Shown here: one piece after another, positions 26,234 to 32,000 of the stretch
How the letters are laid out: every line of letters begins with the position of its first letter
How positions within the stretch are numbered: position 1 is the stretch's first letter
Assembly: GCA_964413055.1 (NCBI GenBank)
Contig: CAYPRB010000003.1
Coordinates: 183,765 to 215,764 of the forward strand
Direction of reading: 5' to 3'
Length of the DNA: 32,000 nt
Source: an uncultured Pelotomaculum sp.
GTDB taxonomy: Bacteria > Bacillota > Desulfotomaculia > Desulfotomaculales > Pelotomaculaceae
The notes under the pieces: generated by a model
Seen by the model: only the letters and a program-made list of their open reading frames with translations
What the model was told of the DNA's origin: nothing
Databases searched by the model: none
Made by a program: the position numbers and the translations under genes

Positions 26234-27667
26234 TTATCTGGCAGCAGCCTTTTGCAGGTCTACAAGGATCTTTTGATACGGTTCCGCCTCGGGAATGCTG
26301 TCCACCATCCGTACCTCCCTGGATATTTCAGGGGCGGCGGGAGTTGTTGCGTCAATGATCAGTTTGCCGCCGATTCCCGGAGGCTCGGAGCATGGATCCA
26401 GAGGCATACCCGGCGTATTGGGGATTACGATTACATCTTTTTGAGGTCGTACCCTTGTAGATAAAGCCCACATGACCTGGACCAGGTTGAAGGGGTCCAC
26501 ATCCCCGTCTACAAGGATAATATTTTTGGCGTAGCTGGTACCGTGGGGGGTGGAAGCCAGTCTCATGCCCACCGTCTTGGCATAGGCGCCAAAACGGTTG
26601 TCTGTGGCGACGATGATCGTAAGGCCATGTTGATAAATGGCATTGACGGCTTTTACCTCCGGCATGGTTTCTCTCAACTGGAAATAAAGGGTTGCGCTTG
26701 TATTAAGTCCAATCAGGGTATCATGCTCCGTCCAGGGACGGCCCACGTACAGATTTTCAAAAATCGGGTTTTTGCGGGTGGTAACGGTATTAAGCTTAAT
26801 CCGGAACTGGCGCCGGGAGCCCGAATAACTTCCCGGAAACTCACCGAAGGGTCCTTCAACGAAACGCTCTCTTGGTACAAATTCTCCCTCAAGCACAATT
26901 TCCGCATAGGCCGGGATGTCCAGATTAGCGGTAAGGGTCTTGGTTAAAATCTGGGGAGCTCCCATAAAGGCTGCCGCGTATTTGTATTCGGACTGGTCAT
27001 ATTGCAGGGGTGCGCTGGCCATCAGGCTGATCACGGGGTGGACGCCCAGGCATACGGCCACGGGCAGGGCCTTGCCCATTTCTTCCGCCTTGCGCAGGTG
27101 GATTCCGCCGTCATGGAAAGGCAACACCTGGATTCCCAGGGTGTCGGGTCCTTGGACCTGGATCCGGTACATCCCCACGTTCTGTTTATCCACATTATCA
27201 GGATCTTCCGGATCCCTGGTAACAACCGAGGCTTTGGAAAAGTAAAAGCCAGCGTCGTATTTGTTGACCCGGAATAAAGGCAGGATTTCATAAAGATTAA
27301 TATCTTTGGTGATTTTTACTTCCTGGCAGGGCGCGTCCTTAACCCATTTAATTTCGCCGTCACTGCCGCCGGCCCAGCGTCTGGCAAATTCAAAGAATTG
27401 ATCTTTGAGCGGGGTGTCCTTGTCCATTCCCAGCATAACGGCATTGTTTGCCCAGGTGCCCAGAACATTGATGGCAAGCCGCTTGCCTTTGTAGCCTTTG
27501 ATGTTTTCGACCAGCACGGCCGGGCCTGTATTTCCCGCCGCTATATCCACGGCCGCCCGCCCGATCCGCCGGATATCCGGCTCGGGCATAACCTCATCGG
27601 TGTAGTGAACCAGCTGTCCCGTCTGCTCCAGCTTCTCTAAAAATCCGCGAAGACTGTTTCCTTCCAT
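26234..27667 (-). CDS. UbiD-family (de)carboxylase C subunit, paralog 2 duplicate (repeat copy 2)
   Basis: Identical to 23667-25100. The same SD and ATG are used. The 498-aa extension in the ORF track is rejected. Confidence 0.9.
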   Translation of the reverse strand: MEGNSLRGFLEKLEQTGQLVHYTDEVMPEPDIRRIGRAAVDIAAGNTGPAVLVENIKGYKGKRLAINVLGTWANNAVMLGMDKDTPLKDQFFEFARRWAGGSDGEIKWVKDAPCQEVKITKDINLYEILPLFRVNKYDAGFYFSKASVVTRDPEDPDNVDKQNVGMYRIQVQGPDTLGIQVLPFHDGGIHLRKAEEMGKALPVAVCLGVHPVISLMASAPLQYDQSEYKYAAAFMGAPQILTKTLTANLDIPAYAEIVLEGEFVPRERFVEGPFGEFPGSYSGSRRQFRIKLNTVTTRKNPIFENLYVGRPWTEHDTLIGLNTSATLYFQLRETMPEVKAVNAIYQHGLTIIVATDNRFGAYAKTVGMRLASTPHGTSYAKNIILVDGDVDPFNLVQVMWALSTRVRPQKDVIVIPNTPGMPLDPCSEPPGIGGKLIIDATTPAAPEISREVRMVDSIPEAEPYQKILVDLQKAAAR

Positions 27668-28316
27668 TGTTGCCACTCCTTTTTGTGGTTTTTTATTAAC
27701 TTCACTTTTTTTGAAAACAATCACATTCACTTTCTTTTAGATACATTCACCTGTCTATTCCTTTGTTTTTTGTTCTAATAGGCTTCACCCCTTAGATGCT
27801 GTATTTATGCAAATATTTTTTAAAGTCTTTTTTTGCAAACACGCGTTATCTATAATTCTTCTCATGTCAAAATTTTTACATAATTCATAATAGGTACTGG
27901 GAAGGTTATTAGTTAATTTAAAAAATGAACCGAGATTGATTTAAGTCTCTATTTTTATTATAATTTTAACATCAGTTAATGAAAAAAATGAAATATGTGC
28001 TTGCGATAGCATTATCGTTACTGAATATTAATTAACCGTTTAAAGAGATGGACTAAATTTGGAGTATTGTCCTCATAAGAGTGAAGTTTTACGTTTAGCT
28101 GCTACATCGTATATTACTATCAAGTATATGAATATATGCAATAATACACCCTATTCAATCATTATCTTGAGACTGTAAGAAGATAGTTTCCTGCACCTGG
28201 TTTACCTGGCGCATAAAACTGAAGTAAAATATAACTCAGCAGGTGGGTGACCATGTTAACGGTAAAAGCGGGGAAAACAGCAGGCTTAAAAATTTCTAAC
28301 CTGGAGCTGATAATTA

Positions 28317-28700
28317 ATGGGTATTATTGAAATTAATAAAGAATCCGATGGGTTGCATGTGCTTTTACAAGCAATCAATATGGGTAGGGATTGGAATGTG
28401 GTTATCACAGGCGGGGAAATTCCCCACCTGGGTTCTGTAGCTCTGGGCGTTCCGCGCCCCAGCTTGCAAGACCCTGAACATACCAGTGCTACGGTCTCTG
28501 TATTGACCCTGACCGGACACAAGGAAGATGAGATTGCCCGTCCGGCAGCTCATTTTCTGGCAAGCAGGCTTAATACACATGTCGTTGTTTCCTGCGGAAT
28601 CCACAACGATCAGATTAAACCCGGGGCTATCCGGCAGTTTGGTGAACTGGTGCGGGAAGGGTTAAACGACCTTGTTGCTGCTTGCAGCGAGGGGTCGTAA
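28317..28700 (+). CDS. LpdD-like small protein (putative prenylated-flavin chaperone/accessory subunit)
   Basis: 127 aa. VVITGGEIPHLGSVALG...LTLTGHKEDEIARPAA...VVVSCGIHNDQI resembles my recollection of the GG..PHIGAVA...H.ED...GIH signature of LpdD-type proteins found next to UbiD/UbiX genes. It is transcribed divergently from the C-D-B operon. Confidence 0.5.
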   Translation: MGIIEINKESDGLHVLLQAINMGRDWNVVITGGEIPHLGSVALGVPRPSLQDPEHTSATVSVLTLTGHKEDEIARPAAHFLASRLNTHVVVSCGIHNDQIKPGAIRQFGELVREGLNDLVAACSEGS

Positions 28701-29017
28701 GTAAGCTTTTGGGATTGTTCAAAGATAATGAAAGAAGGGGGGAAACGGCAGGCTCTCCGGGAACGGTGCGGAATTTAAGGAGCCGTTATCTTAAAGTTGT
28801 CCGTTGATTGTTCGGGGAAGCCCGGCAAATTTAAAACGCTGTTTTTTAACAGTCCTTTTACATGCGCTGTTAACTCATTGTATTTATTACTGAATATTAT
28901 TGAATACATTCAAATCATCTGAAAACGGAATATCGCAACGTAAATAAAATTTAAAATTATAACCTGCGGTGGTTGGACGTGCTGCAAAACAAGTACCGGG
29001 CCATAAAATAGTGCTTT

Positions 29018-29067
29018 ATAACTAAACCTGCTTGAACAGCAGGTTTAGTTATAGGTATTATTTTTTT
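29018..29067. terminator. Bidirectional hairpin terminator between the lpdD-like gene and the ligase
   Basis: ATAACTAAACCTGCT-TGAAC-AGCAGGTTTAGTTAT followed by a T-rich run (ATTATTTTTTT). Confidence 0.7.
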
Positions 29068-30700
29068 ATCTCTGTGTTTGAGCTGCCACTAAACTCATGG
29101 CACCGTATTTTTCCCTTAAAAGCGGCTTTTCAATCTTGCCGGTGGGGTTACGCGGAACTTCATCAAAAATAATTTTCCGCGGGCGTTTATAACGCGGCAG
29201 TGGGGTGCAAAACGGCTTTATATCTTCTTCAGTGCATTTGCAGCCCGGTTTTAACTCTATAATGGCAGCCGCTATTTCACCCAGACGCTTATCAGGTAAC
29301 CCAATAACCGCTGCATCCTTAATTGCATTATGTGTACGGAGAAAGTCTTCAATTTGTACCGGATATATATTTTCTCCACCGCTAATAATTACATCTTTTT
29401 TCCGGTCAACCAAATAAATAAAACCGTCTTCATCCATCCGCGCCATATCCCCGGTAAATAACCAGCCATCCTTGATTACCGCCGCAGTCGCTTCCGGATC
29501 GTTATAATAGCATTTCATCACACCAGGTCCCTTGACAACCAATTCTCCAACCTGTCCCTGGGTTACGGGGCTTCCGTTATCGTCGGTAATTTTTACTTCC
29601 CAATTATAACCCGGTATTCCGATAGCGCCGACTTTATGAATATTTTCAGTACCTAAATGGACACACCCGGGGCCGATAGCTTCGCTGAGACCATAGTTCG
29701 TATCATAAAGATGTCCGGGGAAATACTTTTTCCAGCGATGAATCAAGCTGGGAGGAACCGGCTGCGCGCCGATATGCATCAGCCTCCACTGGGATAGTTC
29801 ATAATCTTCCAGATTCACGTCCCCTCTTTCAATGGAATCAAGAATGTCCTGGGCCCAGGGAACTAAAAGCCAGACGATGGTAATTTTCTCCTCGGATACG
29901 GTTCTTAGGATCCATTCGGGCTTAACTCCGCGAAGCAATACAGCCTTGCTTCCCGACAGCAAACTGCCGAACCAGTGCATCTTGGCACCGGTATGATAAA
30001 GCGGCGGAATGCATAAAAAGTTATCTTCACGCTTTTGACCGTGGTGATTAATTTCCGTATAACATGCCGACATCAAACTCTGGTGCGTATGCAATATAGC
30101 TTTTGGAAATCCCGTAGTCCCCGAGGAAAAGTATATAACCGCATCATCTTCATCCATAAGTTTAACCTGCGGGTCTTCGGAGGAACAATTGGCCGTAAGA
30201 CGGTCATAATTTTCGGCAAATGAGGGACGGTTTTCTCCCGCAAAAAAGAGTGTCTTTACTTTAGGTATATGATCATAAATCGTTTCCACCCGGCCGATAA
30301 ATTCAGGCCCAAAAATCAGGGCACTGGTTTCAGATAAATCCAAACAATGTTTTATTTCCTCGGCCGTGTAGCGAAAGTTTAACGGCACTGCAATAGCGCC
30401 GGTTTTTAATATACCAAAATAAATCGGCAGCCACTCCAGGCAATTCATTAAAAGAATAGCTACCTTATCCCCTTTTTTTATCCCCCTTTTCAGCAGTAAA
30501 TTGGCCAGTCTATTTGCCTTCTCGTCAAAAACCCGCCAGGTCATCTCCCGCCGGTATTCACCTGCCGGGTTGTTTTCAATTAGTTCATACTCACGCCAGG
30601 TAACATTGTGCCTTTCCTGAAGATCCAAATTGATCTCAGTAAGGCATTTTTCCTGTCCATATAACCGGGCATTTCGCGTTAATATTTCTGTGATGGGCAT
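29066..30700 (-). CDS. Class I adenylate-forming enzyme / acyl- or aryl-CoA ligase
   Basis: 544 aa. AMP-binding motifs YFSSGTTGFPKA, YGLSE, FTGDMA, ISGGENIYP and PRNPTGKIEK. RBS GGGAGGAAAAGG. Confidence 0.9.
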   Translation of the reverse strand: MPITEILTRNARLYGQEKCLTEINLDLQERHNVTWREYELIENNPAGEYRREMTWRVFDEKANRLANLLLKRGIKKGDKVAILLMNCLEWLPIYFGILKTGAIAVPLNFRYTAEEIKHCLDLSETSALIFGPEFIGRVETIYDHIPKVKTLFFAGENRPSFAENYDRLTANCSSEDPQVKLMDEDDAVIYFSSGTTGFPKAILHTHQSLMSACYTEINHHGQKREDNFLCIPPLYHTGAKMHWFGSLLSGSKAVLLRGVKPEWILRTVSEEKITIVWLLVPWAQDILDSIERGDVNLEDYELSQWRLMHIGAQPVPPSLIHRWKKYFPGHLYDTNYGLSEAIGPGCVHLGTENIHKVGAIGIPGYNWEVKITDDNGSPVTQGQVGELVVKGPGVMKCYYNDPEATAAVIKDGWLFTGDMARMDEDGFIYLVDRKKDVIISGGENIYPVQIEDFLRTHNAIKDAAVIGLPDKRLGEIAAAIIELKPGCKCTEEDIKPFCTPLPRYKRPRKIIFDEVPRNPTGKIEKPLLREKYGAMSLVAAQTQR

Positions 30701-30860
30701 TTTCCTTTTCCTCCCGTTCTACCAACATACAAAGATATGATGTAAGGGTATTATGTATTTTAATAATAAAAAGCCGTACTGCATAATAACAGCTATACAC
30801 AATAAATTATAATTCGATACAAGCTGTTAATCAATAACTTCTTGCATCACACCACTATTT

Positions 30861-32000
30861 TCAGAATTCAGAAGCAGACACTGCAAAACTGCGTGAACTT
30901 AACCAGTAATCGCCTCTGGGGGTATTAGCAAACAACCAATTTTTGCGACCGATAACAAAAGGCTTAATGGAACGCTCACTGCGGTTATTATCCAGTTCCA
31001 AACGCCCGTCTTGCAGAAAAGCCGTCAACTTATTCCATTGTTTACGGCAATAACTAATCGCCTGGCCGAAAGCACTTTTGGGCAGTACTCTTGGACTCTG
31101 GTAGTTTAACCAGGTCCAAAAAGCATCCAGTACCGGTCGGCTATGCGTGAGCCGGGCTTTATAACGCTCATCCGGAGCAGCATCACGTAACTTACGTTCT
31201 ACGGCAAAAAGTTGATTGCAAAAATTCAATCCCTCTTGGGCAGCGACATCTTTAGCGCGTTTTTCCGCCGGTAATGCTTTGAGCGCTTCATCAAATTTAC
31301 GCCGGGCATGGGACCAACACCCGACCAGGGTGATGTCCGGGAGTCCGTTGTAACCAGCATAACCATCAACATGCAGATAACCTTTAAAACCGGTTAAAAA
31401 CCGCCGGGGATGCTTGCTTGCCCGGGTGGTTTGGTAGTCATAAAGCACTATTGGCGGGCCTGCGCCGGTGCGGTATAGCCACAGGTAAGATGTGCTTGCT
31501 GCCGGCCGGCCCGGTTCGCGCAGTACCTGCAGGGTTGTCTCATCGGCATGCAGGATGTCTTGTTTTAACAGTTGTTCGTGCATTCTTTCGTAGAGGGAAC
31601 CCAGCCATCGGTCGGCACCTTGGATGATCCAATTGGCCAGGGTTTGACGGGATAGTTCTACTCCCAGACGGGACCAGGTTTGCTCCTGACGATACAGCGG
31701 CATTCCCTCCACATATTTTTGGGTCATGATATAAGCCAGCGCGGAGGGGGAAGCCAAGCTTCCCGGTAGTACCGGGGCAGGCATGGGAGCGGTTACAATG
31801 GGGGTTTGGATATCATTTCGTTCGCAGCGGCGGCAAGCGTAGTTGTAACGCACATGTTTGACCACTTTTACCTGGGCGGGTATAATTTTAAGCTCCTGCC
31901 TTACCTGGGTGCTCATTTCATGTAAAGCACCACCACAACAGGAACAGACCTGTTTTTCGGGAGGCAGGCGGTATTCGACGGTCTCCACCGGCAGGTCTTT
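30861..32000 (-). mobile_element. IS66-family transposase (TnpC), open at the window end and degenerate at its 3' end
   Basis: Zinc-finger CSCCGG...[48 protein letters not shown] and GRKNWLF. After ANTPRG the frame decays where A..SA..YSLIETAK is expected. The reading frame continues upstream of the internal GTG at 31988. Confidence 0.85.

Larger units (their letters stand above)
25849..27686. repeat. 1838-bp direct repeat, copy 2
   Basis: See copy 1. The 729-bp spacer (25120-25848) carries ubiX copy 2. Confidence 0.95.

Noticed and set aside
26234-27730. 498-aa version of the duplicated UbiD ORF with an 18-21-aa N-terminal extension (MNVIVFKKSEVNKKPQKGVAT...)
   Set aside because: The extension lies outside the repeat and has no counterpart in copy 1. 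The shared SD AAGGAG sits 8 nt before the internal ATG (27665-27667). The N-terminus from that ATG aligns with paralog 1.
28018-28899. Exact 13-mer TTACTGAATATTA on both sides of the lpdD-like gene (28018-28030 and 28887-28899)
   Set aside because: Several chance 13-mer repeats are expected in 32 kb, more so in AT-rich DNA, and there is no supporting symmetry or phasing.
1-32000. CRISPR arrays, tRNA/rRNA genes, intact prophage or integrase
   Set aside because: Reading both strands showed no regularly spaced short repeats, no cloverleaf-compatible sequences and no recombinase ORFs.

Overview
This window looks like Firmicutes/Clostridia-type chromosomal DNA: SLH-domain surface protein, PadR, DUF2935, AT-rich intergenic regions and strong AGGAGG-type ribosome-binding sites. 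It reads as a mosaic accessory region in four parts. (1) 1-3393, minus strand: a Type I restriction-modification module with an unusual 525-aa specificity-like protein, HsdM and a RhuM-family gene; hsdR is presumably beyond the window start. (2) 3.4-14.6 kb: an HPK10-type histidine kinase and LytTR regulator arranged convergently, a YaiI/DUF188 gene, a large LRR+SLH surface protein split by a frameshift, a PadR operon and several gene fragments (sigma factor, HlyD adaptor, M23 peptidase). (3) 14.7-30.7 kb, the most interesting part: a two-part island for prenylated-FMN (prFMN)-dependent aromatic (de)carboxylation. It holds three UbiD-family C subunits, each followed by a 75-aa four-Cys D subunit. 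It also holds two UbiX flavin prenyltransferases, a type-1 IPP isomerase, an LpdD-like putative prFMN chaperone, a XylR_N/V4R-PucR hybrid regulator, a LysR regulator and an adenylate-forming CoA ligase. Two of the C+D pairs lie on a 1838-bp direct repeat that appears 100% identical and brackets ubiX. (4) IS remnants (an IS1182-like fragment and a degenerate IS66 transposase) and truncated genes bracket the sub-islands. I found no tRNA, rRNA or CRISPR array.
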